Assembly (NCBI GenBank): GCA_964442135.1
Contig: CAYTYN010000001.1
Coordinates: 45,978 to 109,977, forward strand
Reading direction: 5' to 3'
Length of the DNA: 64,000 bases
Source of the DNA: an uncultured Oscillospiraceae bacterium
Lineage (GTDB): Bacteria > Bacillota > Clostridia > Peptostreptococcales > Anaerovoracaceae
Position numbers and translations under genes: made by a program. Below the pieces are notes generated by a model that saw only the letters and a program-made list of their open reading frames with translations, did not search any database and had not been told where the DNA came from. This document shows positions 1-10,225 of the stretch, one piece after another. Within the stretch, counting starts at the first letter, position 1. Every line of letters begins with the position of its first letter.

Positions 1-213
1 GTCCGAGAAGAAGCCTTCCCCCCGCATGTCCGCTACAAACGCCGCCTTATCTATTTTCTTCTTTGACGAAGCGGTCAGCCTGACAAAGTCGTCGATGAGA
101 GCCGGAGGCATGTTGTCCACACAGTAGTAGCCCCTGTCCTCAAACCAGTCGATTGCATTGGTCTTGCCGGCTCCGGAAAGTCCGGTCACGATCACGGTCT
201 TTAGAACGTCCAT
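1..213 (-). CDS. rapZ: RNase adapter protein RapZ (YvcJ family), N-terminal 71 codons; gene continues past window start
   Basis: Minus-strand ATG at 213-211. Translation is [43 protein letters not shown]..., with Walker A GLSGAGKT and the RGYYCVDN-P signature. Absent from the ORF track because it is cut by the window edge. Confidence 0.8.
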   Translation of the reverse strand, partial: MDVLKTVIVTGLSGAGKTNAIDWFEDRGYYCVDNMPPALIDDFVRLTASSKKKIDKAAFVADMRGEGFFSD

Positions 214-218
214 TCCCT

Positions 219-986
219 TCAACCCTCTTCATCAATTTCCTCAATATTAACGATCCGCTCTATATCCAGTCCGGCGTGCAGGGCCCTCAGGACTCCGTTC
301 TCAAAGCTTCCCACTCGGTCGGAGGTGTGAGCGTCGCTGCTTACGACAAACTTAACGTCGTAACCGGCGCATATCCTTATTTCTTCCCCCGTAAGGTGGT
401 CATGCCAGGTGCTGATCTCCATCCACGTCCCGTTATCCTCACAGGCCTTCGCCAGCTCTCTCATGTCGAAAGCCGCTTTATCACCGGGATGGGTCAGTAT
501 CCTTATGTCGTTCTCATAGAGACACCTTACCGTCATTTCGGTATTGGCCTTCATCAGCTTTTTCGCCGCTCCTGCCGGAACGAGTCCGGTTTTATACATG
601 CCGTTTCTAAAGCAGTTTCCGTTGAACACGCCGTAGTGGTATCCGGCTATGACAAAATCGAAGATCTCCTTTTCTTCCTCCGTCAGATCGAGGTAAGGGG
701 CTTTCTTCAGCACGTTGGCCTCCACGCTCAAATATATGTCTATATCCGGATAGAGCTTGTTCAGTCTATCCGCTTCCCCTCTCATTATGGCGAGATCGCC
801 CCGCTTGACTCCGTAAAAAACGTGCCCCGGTCCGTGATCGGATATGGCGATTCCCTTAAGTCCTTTTTCCAAAGCCGCTTTGACGTTGTCCTCCATGCTG
901 CCTTTCCCGTGGGAAAAGGTGGTATGGGTGTGATAGTCAAAGGTCATCCTGTATCTTCTTCCGTCAATTTCCGCCGTATTTTTCAT
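219..986 (-). CDS. PHP-domain metal-dependent phosphoesterase
   Basis: 255 aa with N-terminal [11 protein letters not shown] and C-terminal SSDAH motifs typical of the PHP/histidinol-phosphatase fold. GAGGA RBS lies 8 nt before the ATG. Confidence 0.8.
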   Translation of the reverse strand: MKNTAEIDGRRYRMTFDYHTHTTFSHGKGSMEDNVKAALEKGLKGIAISDHGPGHVFYGVKRGDLAIMRGEADRLNKLYPDIDIYLSVEANVLKKAPYLDLTEEEKEIFDFVIAGYHYGVFNGNCFRNGMYKTGLVPAGAAKKLMKANTEMTVRCLYENDIRILTHPGDKAAFDMRELAKACEDNGTWMEISTWHDHLTGEEIRICAGYDVKFVVSSDAHTSDRVGSFENGVLRALHAGLDIERIVNIEEIDEEG

Positions 987-1848
987 CTATTATCCTCACT
1001 TCCGGTTCCAGTCTGACACCTGTCCTGTCGTAGACCGTGTTCTGAACCAGATGCATAAGGTCTATAATGTCCTGATAAGTCGCACCACCGGTGTTTATGA
1101 CAAAGCCTGCATGCTTTGCCGATACCTGTGCTCCTCCTATACTTATACCCTTAAGTCCGCAATCCTCCACAAGCCTTCCGGCGAAATATCCCTCAGGTCT
1201 TTTAAAGAAGCTTCCCGCACTGGGATACTGAACCGGCTGCTTTTCGTTCCTCTTTTCCATGAGCTCCTTCATCCTGTCCCTGATGGTGTTACGGTCCCCT
1301 TTTTCCAGCCGAAGACCTATGGATACGGCTATATCGCCGGTCTCCTGAAGAGCGCTGTGCCTGTAACTCATATTCAGGTCAGAAGCCTTCAGGGTCTTCA
1401 GTTCCCTTCCGTCCCGGGTCACCACGTTAACCGTCTCTACGATATCCTTCATCTCTCCGCCGTAGGCCCCTGCGTTCATGAACACCGCGCCTCCGACGCT
1501 TCCCGGTATGCCTGAGGCAAATTCGAATCCGGACAGAGAATTATCGGCGGCAACAGAAGCCACCTTGCTCATGAGGACGGCGGCACCGCAAACAAGCAAC
1601 GTATCGTCTTTTACAGATACATCCGAAAAGGCTTCTCCCAGCTTTATTACAGTACCCGGATACATGTCTGACGCGAACAGAGTGTTGCTTCCGTTTCCCA
1701 AGAGTATCCACTGTTCTCCCGTTCCCTCAAGCTCCCTTAGAAGCTCCATAAGCTCATCGGTGTTTTCCGCCACAGCTAACCTTTTCGCTTTTCCTCCGGT
1801 GCGGAAAGACGTCAGCTCTGACATGTCCGCATCATACCTGTAATCCAT
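964..1848 (-). CDS. murB: UDP-N-acetylenolpyruvoylglucosamine reductase
   Basis: 294 aa with an FAD-binding N-terminal domain (FRTGGKA, LGNGSN). The SYRHS and PSAGSFFK(R)P motifs are characteristic of MurB. Confidence 0.95.
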   Translation of the reverse strand: MDYRYDADMSELTSFRTGGKAKRLAVAENTDELMELLRELEGTGEQWILLGNGSNTLFASDMYPGTVIKLGEAFSDVSVKDDTLLVCGAAVLMSKVASVAADNSLSGFEFASGIPGSVGGAVFMNAGAYGGEMKDIVETVNVVTRDGRELKTLKASDLNMSYRHSALQETGDIAVSIGLRLEKGDRNTIRDRMKELMEKRNEKQPVQYPSAGSFFKRPEGYFAGRLVEDCGLKGISIGGAQVSAKHAGFVINTGGATYQDIIDLMHLVQNTVYDRTGVRLEPEVRIIDEKYGGN

Positions 1849-3077
1849 TAAAGTACATCCTTTCTGTTAATGTCGTACTTGTTAAACTCTATGTAATCCC
1901 TTGTATCCTGAGGCAGCTCCTTCTTGGCCAGTTTTTTTCTTATGTATCTTCCGAAGTAGTAATACATTATGGCGAATACAGGAACTCCCAGCACCATGCC
2001 CATGAAGCCGAAAAGGCCTCCGGCGGTTATAATGGCGAACATAACCCAAAAGCTTGCCAGACCTGTAGTCTCTCCCAGTATGGCGGGGCCTATAACATTT
2101 CCGTCAAGCTGCTGTATCACCAGTATGAGGATGAGGAAATATACAGACTGGATCGGGTTCACCAGGAATATGATTAAAGCAGACGGTATGGCGCCGATAA
2201 AAGGCCCGAAAAACGGGATTACATTGGTCACGCCTACGATGGTGCCCACCAGAACCGGATAAGGAAGGGACAGCACACGCATGGAAACAAAGCACAACAA
2301 TCCTATTATGACCGAATCTATTATCTTACCGTTTATAAACCCTCCGAAGGTTCTGTCGGCGAAATTGCCGAAGCTGAATATCTCATCGGATACTTTCTTT
2401 GATGTGGACGCCATCACTATTTTCCTTATCTGAGCTTTAAAGGTCTCCTTGCTGTTCAGGATGTATACGCAGGCTATTACTCCTACTATCACGTTCAGCG
2501 AAGTCCTGAGTGTTACTACAACGCCGGTAGAAATAGTCTCCATGTATCTCCCTATCATATCCATGAGATCGCTCTGAACCCATTCCAAAATCGCATCGTT
2601 TGACCTTTCCACCATGTTATCCAGAAAGGCCGCCATCGCCGGTGAGTTGAATTCCGATGTAATCCCTCGAACCCAATCTGTGAGAATGTCAAATCTCTCC
2701 GGCAGAGTTTGGATTATTCCCGTAATGCTTCTTATGAGCTCCGGTATGAGCAGGGCTATCAGACCGCCTACGAAGCTGAACAGAACCAAAAGCGAGACCA
2801 CCGTGCCGATCAGCTTGGCCAGGGAAAAGGCCCGCTTCCTGTTTTTCAGCCTGATCAGCTTATACGACTTCCTGACCGCAAGATTGTATACGGGACAAAG
2901 CAAATAAGCCATGACGAACCCGTAGATAAACGGAGAAACTATACTTCTGACAGTGTACATAAACTCTGTGAATCCCGTAAAGTCCATGACAATACGGCAG
3001 AAAATAACAAGCGCCGCCCCTGTAACAAACAGGGTGACAGCAAGTTTAAAATACCTGCTCTTACGCAATCCTTTCAT
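1848..3077 (-). CDS. AI-2E family (PerM/UPF0118) membrane transporter
   Basis: Multi-TM protein with the conserved C-terminal block NVIPFFGPFIGAIP...QQLDGNVIGP. Start moved to MKGLRK (ATG 3077), which has an AGGAGG RBS. The ORF-track start at 3182 has none. Confidence 0.85.
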   Translation of the reverse strand: MKGLRKSRYFKLAVTLFVTGAALVIFCRIVMDFTGFTEFMYTVRSIVSPFIYGFVMAYLLCPVYNLAVRKSYKLIRLKNRKRAFSLAKLIGTVVSLLVLFSFVGGLIALLIPELIRSITGIIQTLPERFDILTDWVRGITSEFNSPAMAAFLDNMVERSNDAILEWVQSDLMDMIGRYMETISTGVVVTLRTSLNVIVGVIACVYILNSKETFKAQIRKIVMASTSKKVSDEIFSFGNFADRTFGGFINGKIIDSVIIGLLCFVSMRVLSLPYPVLVGTIVGVTNVIPFFGPFIGAIPSALIIFLVNPIQSVYFLILILVIQQLDGNVIGPAILGETTGLASFWVMFAIITAGGLFGFMGMVLGVPVFAIMYYYFGRYIRKKLAKKELPQDTRDYIEFNKYDINRKDVL

Positions 3078-3234
3078 CGAATCCCCTCCTGCCTTTATAC
3101 TAACACAGGCAGAGTTTTTTTTCCACAGTCGAGAATCCCTTTCCCCGGGAATATTTTTCCTTACCTTAGGTTTCCGCGTCACCGTCTCCCTTATTTATTT
3201 TTATAACTTTCTTTTGGTTTTTATTAAAATGCTG

Positions 3235-3262
3235 TTGACTTTTATGCGCATATTCGTATAAT
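3235..3262 (+). promoter_or_regulatory. Sigma-70-type promoter (TTGACT-16 nt-TATAAT)
   Basis: TTGACT at 3235-3240 and TATAAT at 3257-3262. It reads toward the small ORF at 3355. Confidence 0.5.
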
Positions 3263-3354
3263 TACTTCCATAGACGGTCATGTCCGTGCCGACGTATCGG
3301 AAAATTCAGCCGGCGGACTGAGGTTTTATTTTTTTCGAAAGGAAGTATGTGAAA

Positions 3355-3594
3355 ATGCTTAAGACTGTCAAGACTAACTGTCCTACATATGTAGACCTGT
3401 TCATGGAGGATGGCCGCATAAACATGATTAACGGCAAAGAGCTCAATCCGGAGGGCGTAGAGAATATCATCTCCTACCTTGGCAAAGAGGTTGATGTGAC
3501 TTTTGATAGCTTCTTGGACACCGTAAAAAAGAGCGGTAAACGGGATGGAGAAATGCATTTAAAAATGTATAACGGCGCTGTAAGCCTTATTTAA
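3355..3594 (+). CDS. Small hypothetical protein (79 aa)
   Basis: Open frame with a GGAAG RBS 9 nt before the ATG at 3355 (the ORF track used GTG 3349). Soluble-looking composition, its own promoter and a downstream hairpin. No family recognised. Confidence 0.55.
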   Translation: MLKTVKTNCPTYVDLFMEDGRINMINGKELNPEGVENIISYLGKEVDVTFDSFLDTVKKSGKRDGEMHLKMYNGAVSLI

Positions 3595-3632
3595 GATATT
3601 CATAAGATATGTTACTCCCCAGAGCCATATTC

Positions 3633-3690
3633 AAAAAAAGTGAGCTGTTCTCTCTGCCCGTCGCGCAGCAGGGTACCGGCTCATTTTTTT
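3633..3690. terminator. Probable bidirectional terminator between convergent genes
   Basis: A7-GTGAGC...(GC-rich imperfect stem CTGC/GCAG)...GCTCAT-T7, immediately after both stop codons. Confidence 0.45.
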
Positions 3691-4246
3691 AGAAGCGGTC
3701 GCTGTGGTTCAGGATGCCTCTGAGGAAACCGCCCTTAACCGCCTTTCCCTCCGTTGCCGTTCCGCCCGGAAACAGGGTATTATAAAACACCAGGCTGGCG
3801 AAAAAGCTGTTTTCGTCGGCCCGTATCACGGCGCAGGCTCCTCCTTTTCCGTCTCTGGGTCTGGTCAAGCTTCCCGGATTTATCAGGTATATACCATTTA
3901 CATCTTCGCACATGGAAACGTGGGTATGGCCAAAGCATACGGCTCTGCACCCCTTTTCCTCCGCAGTATAAAGGAGGGTATTCAGGTCGTGATTCACTCC
4001 TTCCCCATAGCCGTGGGTTACCATTATGTCTCCTCCCGGAGTTCCCACTATCTTCACGTCACGAGAAACCCCATCGCAATTGCCGCCTACCGCCACCAGA
4101 GGTACCCCTCCCTTATCCGAGAGCCGTCTGCCGTCGTCCAGACCGTCTCCGCAGTGGATGATCAGATCCGCTCCGCCGATCTTTTCATATATGCTGTATG
4201 CCTTGTCTATCTGTCCGTGAGTATCGCTCACCACAAAAATCTTCAT
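3689..4246 (-). CDS. YfcE/MJ0936-family metallophosphoesterase
   Basis: 185 aa with motifs VVSDTHG, HCGD, GNCD and GHTH in the canonical calcineurin-like order. Confidence 0.85.
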   Translation of the reverse strand: MKIFVVSDTHGQIDKAYSIYEKIGGADLIIHCGDGLDDGRRLSDKGGVPLVAVGGNCDGVSRDVKIVGTPGGDIMVTHGYGEGVNHDLNTLLYTAEEKGCRAVCFGHTHVSMCEDVNGIYLINPGSLTRPRDGKGGACAVIRADENSFFASLVFYNTLFPGGTATEGKAVKGGFLRGILNHSDRF

Positions 4247-5565
4247 TGTCTGACCGTGAATTCCTTTCCGATTTCATAGTATTTATTCATCTCTTCCCCG
4301 GGCACCATGCTTCCCCCTGTTGCCCAGATAATGTGAACGGCGTTCTCCAGCTTATCCTTAAGGCCGTTCTTTATGAGATAAGCTTCAGACCCCAGCACGT
4401 GATGAGGGCCGGTGAAGCATGCGCACGCCGAAGGCTCCACCTCTATTCCTTCCGCGTCCTTTAGCTGAGCCAGGAAGGAATAGAGCTTATCGTCGTTAAT
4501 GGTGAAGCACCCGTCCAAAAGGGTGTTCATTATAGTTCCGACCAGTCTGGACGGTCTGCCTACAGCCAGTCCGTCGGCAGCGGTTTTTCCGTCCAAGCCT
4601 ATGTCCTGCACGGAAATCTTGTCGTGGAGTCCTGTCATCATGCCCAAGGTCATGGACGGAGCATGGGTAGGTTCTCCGAAGAACAGATGTATGTTTTTTC
4701 CGAATATCTCCTTGAGACCGAAGGTTATTCCGCCGGGTGCGCCTCCCACGCCGCACGGAATATAGACGAATACGGGATGTTCATTATCACAGGCTATGTT
4801 CTCCTCCTCGAACTGAGTCGCTATTCTGCATGCTGCCACCGAATAGCCCAGGAAGAGGTCTGCCGAACCTTCATCGTCGACAAAGTGGCACCTTTTGTCG
4901 GCGGCGGCAAGGCGTCTTCCTTCAGCTACAGCCCTCTGATAATCGTCTTCGTATTCTACCACCGTCACGCCCTTTGAGCGGAGGAGGTCCTTCTTCCACT
5001 GACGAGCGTCGGCGGACATGTGGACGGTGACCTTGAATCCCAGCTTGGCGCTTATTATCCCTATGGAAAGTCCCAGATTCCCCGTCGAACCTACGGCGAC
5101 GCTGTACCGGCTGAAAAGCTCCCGAAACCTGTCCTCAGTCAGAATGCTGTAGTCGTCGTCTCTGGTCAGCTCCCCCTTTTCCACCGCCACCTTCTCAGCG
5201 AACTTGAGAACCTCGTATATGCCTCCCCTGGCCTTTACCGAGCCCGACACGGCCAGATGGCTGTCGCACTTCAGGAACAGCCTGCCCGGAATCGAAACTC
5301 CTGCGTCCTTCTCCAAAGTTCTTTTCATAGCCGGTATCTCCCTCAGGGGAGATTCTATAATGCCCCCCGTAGCCTCGGTCTCAGGAAAAGCCTTCATTAT
5401 GTACGGCGCAAAACGGGCAAGTCTGGCCTCGGCGTCCAGTATGTCGCTGAGCCCGAAGGGTATGACCATCTCTCCGCCGGCGTTTTCATTGAGCCACATT
5501 ATCTCCCGGCATTCCATCATATCGTTTATCACAGGGTGCTCTAAAATCAGCTTGTCTAAATCCAT
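4243..5565 (-). CDS. dsdA: D-serine ammonia-lyase (D-serine dehydratase)
   Basis: 440 aa. [28 protein letters not shown] and the PLP-lysine block [14 protein letters not shown] closely follow E. coli DsdA as I recall it. Confidence 0.9.
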   Translation of the reverse strand: MDLDKLILEHPVINDMMECREIMWLNENAGGEMVIPFGLSDILDAEARLARFAPYIMKAFPETEATGGIIESPLREIPAMKRTLEKDAGVSIPGRLFLKCDSHLAVSGSVKARGGIYEVLKFAEKVAVEKGELTRDDDYSILTEDRFRELFSRYSVAVGSTGNLGLSIGIISAKLGFKVTVHMSADARQWKKDLLRSKGVTVVEYEDDYQRAVAEGRRLAAADKRCHFVDDEGSADLFLGYSVAACRIATQFEEENIACDNEHPVFVYIPCGVGGAPGGITFGLKEIFGKNIHLFFGEPTHAPSMTLGMMTGLHDKISVQDIGLDGKTAADGLAVGRPSRLVGTIMNTLLDGCFTINDDKLYSFLAQLKDAEGIEVEPSACACFTGPHHVLGSEAYLIKNGLKDKLENAVHIIWATGGSMVPGEEMNKYYEIGKEFTVRQ

Positions 5566-5580
5566 TTTTCCTCCTAAGGT

Positions 5581-7650
5581 CTAAAGACCGTACTTCAACT
5601 TCTTTCTGGCAAAGGTGGCCTGGGGAAGTCCCAGTATATCCGCGGCTTTTCTCGTAGTTCCGCCCTTCTTCATGGCGTATTCTATAAGCTGTCTCTCCTG
5701 CATGTCCATGATCTCATGAAAATCCACACGGTTCTTATCCTCCAGATCCGCGGCAAGGCTGAATTGATCAGAGCCCTGAGTCTCCGAAAGCACTCTGGCC
5801 GCTTGACCGGCGGAGATCATCCCGCCCTCGGCGCTTATGACCAGCCTGTGAACCACGTTTTCCAGCTCTCTTACGTTCCCCGGCCAGTCGTACCTGTAGA
5901 GCACGTCCAGCGCTCCCGACGACAGCTTCCTGCTCACATTGTATTTTCCGGACCATGATGCCGCAAAGCCTTCAGCCAGACACGATATATCCTCTTTCCT
6001 GTTCCTCAACGGAGGAACGTCTATACAGCAGATGTTCAGTCTGTAAAATAAATCCTCTCTGAAGTCTCCTTTGTCCACCAGATCTCTGAGGGGCACATTG
6101 TTAGCGACGACGACCCTTACATTTACGGAAACCGGCCTTGTACCGCCGACTCTGTAAAAGGTGTTTTCCTGGAGCACTCTGAGCAGCTTCGACTGCATGG
6201 ACAGAGAAAGAGTTCCTATTTCATCCAGAAACAGTATTCCGTTATCCGCCATTTCGAAATAACCTTTTTTACCGGTCGTTGACGCCCCTGTAAAGGAACC
6301 CGGTTCATAGCCGAAGAATTCCGACTCGGCCAAACTTTCCTGAACGGTCGCGCAATTTATCTTCACGCAGGGCATGGCGTTGCGCTCACTGTTTTGGTGT
6401 ATGATGGAAAGAACCCTTTCCTTTCCCGTTCCCGTCTCTCCTTGTATGATCACGTTGCAGTCATATCTGGCTATATTGATCGCTTCTTCGACCATTCTCG
6501 CCGTTACAGAGCTCTTATATATGAAATCTCCCTCTCTTCCGGCGCCGGAAATGTCCTGACTTCTCGCCCTGCTGTCCGTAACAGCCAGCGGCGCCGCTTT
6601 CTCTTTATATATGCTATCCAGCCTGTCCAGCACACCCCGCGACGACCTCACCACGTCCATGGTAAAGAGAGGATAGTCTCTTATATATTGGTCGAACAGG
6701 TACATGTAAACGGACTTTCCTATGGACTCGGCCACAGTCTGAGCTACGGCATAGTGATTATCTACGGTGGTAAAGTAAATACATCCTGAAGCCTTTGCCA
6801 TGAACACAGCGAGAGTCTCGACTCCATAGACGTCTTCAGCCACGATTACCATGTCGGCATCGCAGCACCTCTCCCCGGCATCCTTCAGCTTTTCATAGGT
6901 TCCGATGGGATCTGACAAATTGGTCATTATAACGTGATCCACATCCGGCGCAACGATCTCCTCTATGGCTGAATCCTCTAATTTGCCCCTCAGGTTTTCA
7001 TCCATTATGGCGGTTACATGGGCTGAAGGCGAAGCCTTCTTTACGGCAGACGCATAGACCACCGACGTACAGGCGTTTCTTCCTATGACCGCTATGTTTA
7101 CGGCGGCATTATTCTCCGCCATCTCCTTTGCCGTCATAAGGCATCCCGCCTCGTTCATGGCTGACAGGGTGTAGCTTACACCCAAGGTCTCATCTACAGG
7201 AAATACCGGAGACGTTCGGAACAGTACGGCATGTCCCGAAGCATCTACCTGACCGTAATTGAAATCTATATCCCCTACCCTGTCTAAGGATATGGGAACG
7301 CCGCAAAGGGAGACCAGACAGTACGCTCTCTCACCCTCTTTAAGGGGGCCATCGTACTTCTTTCCTGTCTTTTCAACCGTTCCGAGAAAGCATCCCCCTG
7401 TGCCTGTGAACGGGTTATGAAGCTTTCCCCTCTTATCCACTATATCCAGGATTTTAGCTCTTATGCGATTCTCATTGAATCCGCTGCTGCTGCAAATCTG
7501 CTGGAAGCTGTCCCATTCTACGTTCAACCTCTCTATCCTCATGAGAACCTCTTCATCGGAGATCTCAATGCTGTTGTCTAATTTCCATGCCGTAGCGGGA
7601 ACCGCCCCCTTTGGCTCGAGCACCCGCCGGACTCCAAAATCTTTAATCAT
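5581..7650 (-). CDS. Sigma-54-dependent transcriptional activator with a large N-terminal dehydrogenase-like sensor domain
   Basis: 689 aa. Central AAA+ domain has GETGTGKE Walker A, ESEFFGYEPGSFTGA (GAFTGA-type loop) and DWPGNVRELEN. C-terminal Fis-type HTH reads TTRKAADILGLPQATFARK. The N-terminal ~380 aa begin RRVLEPKGAVPATAWKLDN. Confidence 0.9.
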   Translation of the reverse strand: MIKDFGVRRVLEPKGAVPATAWKLDNSIEISDEEVLMRIERLNVEWDSFQQICSSSGFNENRIRAKILDIVDKRGKLHNPFTGTGGCFLGTVEKTGKKYDGPLKEGERAYCLVSLCGVPISLDRVGDIDFNYGQVDASGHAVLFRTSPVFPVDETLGVSYTLSAMNEAGCLMTAKEMAENNAAVNIAVIGRNACTSVVYASAVKKASPSAHVTAIMDENLRGKLEDSAIEEIVAPDVDHVIMTNLSDPIGTYEKLKDAGERCCDADMVIVAEDVYGVETLAVFMAKASGCIYFTTVDNHYAVAQTVAESIGKSVYMYLFDQYIRDYPLFTMDVVRSSRGVLDRLDSIYKEKAAPLAVTDSRARSQDISGAGREGDFIYKSSVTARMVEEAINIARYDCNVIIQGETGTGKERVLSIIHQNSERNAMPCVKINCATVQESLAESEFFGYEPGSFTGASTTGKKGYFEMADNGILFLDEIGTLSLSMQSKLLRVLQENTFYRVGGTRPVSVNVRVVVANNVPLRDLVDKGDFREDLFYRLNICCIDVPPLRNRKEDISCLAEGFAASWSGKYNVSRKLSSGALDVLYRYDWPGNVRELENVVHRLVISAEGGMISAGQAARVLSETQGSDQFSLAADLEDKNRVDFHEIMDMQERQLIEYAMKKGGTTRKAADILGLPQATFARKKLKYGL

Positions 7651-7742
7651 TTCATCTCCAAGCCTAACCTATCGGCTTCTTCTGAGGTCTATCCTATTAT
7701 TTCCGTGGAGAAAAGTCAATGGAAAAACAAGGGCGGACGAGA

Positions 7743-7940
7743 TCACCCGAGCCTCCCCTTAATGTAATTCTCCGTCTTCTCGTTAGACGGGACGGAGAAC
7801 AGCTTTTCCGTCTTGTCATACTTTTCATCCGGCAGTAAGAACGCCGTGTTATCGGATACTCTCACCGCCTGCTGTACGTTGTGTGTTGCCGTTATTACAG
7901 CGTGCTTCTCTTTCAGCTTCAGGGCAGGGGCTTCATATCC
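7743..7940 (-). pseudogene. pstB: 3' remnant of a phosphate ABC transporter ATPase gene (pstB), last ~60 codons only
   Basis: Minus-strand frame reads ...[59 protein letters not shown]. This matches the PstB C-terminus (VTHNMQQAARVSD...TEDYITGRFG). The frame is closed by a stop at 7941-7943, with no start codon and no Walker motifs. Confidence 0.75.
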
Positions 7941-7956
7941 TCAGTGTTAATTTTCT

Positions 7957-8403
7957 CTAAAGCCTGTCCGAATCCAATACAACTGTAAACGGTCCGTCGT
8001 TGACCAGGCTCACCTTCATATCGGCTCCGAATACGCCTCCTTCTACTTCCGGAATGGACTTTTTGCACTCCGAAATTACATATTCATACAGCCTCTCCGC
8101 CAGATCAGGCGCTCCGGCATCGGAAAAGCCGGGACGGTTCCCCCGCTTGCAGTCTGCGTACAGGGTGAACTGAGAGATGATGAGAAGGCTTCCTCCCACC
8201 GATTCCAAGTTAAGATTAGTCTTTCCGTTCTCATCCTCGAATATCCTCATACCGATCAGCTTCTTTATCATCTTATCGGCGATCTCCTCGGTATCGTCCT
8301 TTCCGACTCCCATCAGAACCATGAAGCCTTTGCCTATCTGTCCTACGGTTTTGCCCTCTACTCTTACACTGCTTTCCAGAACCCTCTGAATTACGAATCT
8401 CAT
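7957..8403 (-). CDS. dtd: D-aminoacyl-tRNA deacylase
   Basis: 148 aa. MRFVIQRV start and the ISQFTLYAD and NDGPFT motifs are typical of Dtd. Confidence 0.9.
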   Translation of the reverse strand: MRFVIQRVLESSVRVEGKTVGQIGKGFMVLMGVGKDDTEEIADKMIKKLIGMRIFEDENGKTNLNLESVGGSLLIISQFTLYADCKRGNRPGFSDAGAPDLAERLYEYVISECKKSIPEVEGGVFGADMKVSLVNDGPFTVVLDSDRL

Positions 8404-9098
8404 TACTTAATATCTCCCTTTAATCTGTAATATTCTATGCACCTGTCTGCCATGATTTCCATAGGATCCCTGTAGTATTCAGGAAGATCCAGCTCCTTCT
8501 TTACTACGGAAAGCTCGGTGCAGGCTAAAATCGCCCCTTCGCATCCGGCAGATCTGATCTCCTCGTCTATTTCCGCCCAAAGGTCACCGTCGGCAGGCTT
8601 ATTCTGCTTTATCAGGTCGTAGATGGTGGTCATGACCTTTTTCTGACTCTTCGAAGACGGGATGAACGGGACTATCCCCCGCCCTTCAAACTCCCTCTGA
8701 TACAGACCCGTCTCAATCGTACCGTCTGTGGCCAAAATGGCTACCGGCCTGCCTTTACAGGTCTTCTCCAGCTGAACCGCCGTCTCCTCTATCATGTGTA
8801 TGAAGGGGACAGAAACCTGATCTCTTATCATATTGACGAAAAAGTGCGCGGTGTTGCAGGTGACGGCGATGGCGTCGCATCCGGCCCTCTCCAGCACTCT
8901 GGCATCCTTCAAAAGCCTGTCCCTCACCCGATCGGTGTCTCCTGACAAAATAGCCGCCGTCCTGTCCGGCATACCTGAATCGCTGTATAAGATCATGTTC
9001 AGATTTTCCTGATCACAGGACACTTCTGTTTTATCTATTATCATACGGTAAAAGAGAGAAGAGGCCAAAGGCCCCATACCTCCTATTACTCCCAGCAT
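8403..9098 (-). CDS. Aspartate/glutamate-family amino-acid racemase
   Basis: 231 aa with [11 protein letters not shown] and both catalytic cysteine motifs, VTCNTAH and LACTELS. Confidence 0.85.
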   Translation of the reverse strand: MLGVIGGMGPLASSLFYRMIIDKTEVSCDQENLNMILYSDSGMPDRTAAILSGDTDRVRDRLLKDARVLERAGCDAIAVTCNTAHFFVNMIRDQVSVPFIHMIEETAVQLEKTCKGRPVAILATDGTIETGLYQREFEGRGIVPFIPSSKSQKKVMTTIYDLIKQNKPADGDLWAEIDEEIRSAGCEGAILACTELSVVKKELDLPEYYRDPMEIMADRCIEYYRLKGDIK

Positions 9099-9140
9099 GT
9101 TATTCTAACTCCTTTTTTCTGAAAAATAACCGTATCCCTC

Positions 9141-10184
9141 TCATAGAAACTCTCTCAAGCCGTAGCAGACCCTTTCCCCAACGCCTTTTGTCGTTTTAGC
9201 GTGGTACATTGAGCTTATGATAGCCTCTTCCACAGCCTCTACTGCGGCTTCGAATACACAGTCTATCTTCTCATCATCGAACATCCTAGTCTCGATGACA
9301 GCCTTCTCGCTGTAATGAGGAATCCGGTTTCCGGTGCTGAATGCGATAGCGATATCTCCGCTCCCGTTTCCTAAATATGATCCGCACTTTCCCAGCGCTA
9401 CGGAAGACCTCTTGGCAGTCCTCTTCAGCTGTCGCTCGGAGAGGGGTATATCGGTGGCGATGATCATAATGATCGATCCAAGATCCTTCTTGTCCTCGGA
9501 CGCCCTTTCTCTCTTTATCCGCTTTCCCACGTGATCTCCGCCGATGACCAGATTCCCCGACCCTCCGAAGTTGGACATGACGATGGCTCCTACGGTGTAG
9601 TCCCTGTGATCAGCCGTTATCACTCTGGACGCTGAACCTATCCCTCCTTTAAGACCTAAGCAGCACATCCCTGTCCCGCCTCCTACTGCGCCCTCCTCAA
9701 AGATCTCACCGTCAGCCTCTGCTCTCTCCAGTGCCCGGCGCACGTGCTCGCCCTTGACATGAAGTCCCCTTATATCGTTAAGTCTGCCGTCGTTACACTC
9801 GGTGACCAGGCAGTTAACAGTGCCTGTCTTTACTCCGATGTCGTCGTTTCTTTCCAGCATATATCGGGTCAGGGCTTCGGCCGCCGTGCCGACGCTTAAG
9901 GTATTGGTCATTATTATAGGCGTTTCTATGGTTCCCAGCTCCTCCACCTGAACCAGCCCAAGGCTCTTGCCGAATCCGTTTATGATGTAAACTCCCGCCA
10001 TTACCTTATCGTGAAAGATATCTCCGCAGTGAGGAAGGACGGCGGTTACTCCGGTGTTTATCTCTTTCCCGTCCTGCACAGTCGCATGTCCTACCCTTAC
10101 GCCGGAAACATCTGTTATAAGGTTCAATTTTCCTTTAGGCCATTTAGAGTGAAGCTCTAAGTTACAGTCTTTAGGTAATCCCAT
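9141..10184 (-). CDS. P1 (DmpA/S58) family aminopeptidase
   Basis: 347 aa with blocks ITDVSGVRVGH, NTGVTAV, NDGRLNDI and ATDIPLSERQLKR typical of the DmpA L-aminopeptidase/D-esterase family. GGAGG RBS. Confidence 0.85.
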   Translation of the reverse strand: MGLPKDCNLELHSKWPKGKLNLITDVSGVRVGHATVQDGKEINTGVTAVLPHCGDIFHDKVMAGVYIINGFGKSLGLVQVEELGTIETPIIMTNTLSVGTAAEALTRYMLERNDDIGVKTGTVNCLVTECNDGRLNDIRGLHVKGEHVRRALERAEADGEIFEEGAVGGGTGMCCLGLKGGIGSASRVITADHRDYTVGAIVMSNFGGSGNLVIGGDHVGKRIKRERASEDKKDLGSIIMIIATDIPLSERQLKRTAKRSSVALGKCGSYLGNGSGDIAIAFSTGNRIPHYSEKAVIETRMFDDEKIDCVFEAAVEAVEEAIISSMYHAKTTKGVGERVCYGLREFL

Positions 10185-10225
10185 GTTTAATCCGCCTCCA
10201 CGTCTTTGTCTTTAAGAATTAAAAG

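Noticed and set aside
3078-3182. 35-codon N-terminal extension of the AI-2E transporter ORF.
   Set aside because: It has no RBS. The internal ATG at 3077 is preceded by AGGAGG and starts right before the first TM helix.
3272-3300. Two small hairpins with ACG-containing loops, reminiscent of a guanidine-II (mini-ykkC) riboswitch.
   Set aside because: The loops are TCATGT and CGTA rather than the conserved ACGR tetraloops. The downstream gene is not a guanidine transporter or carboxylase.
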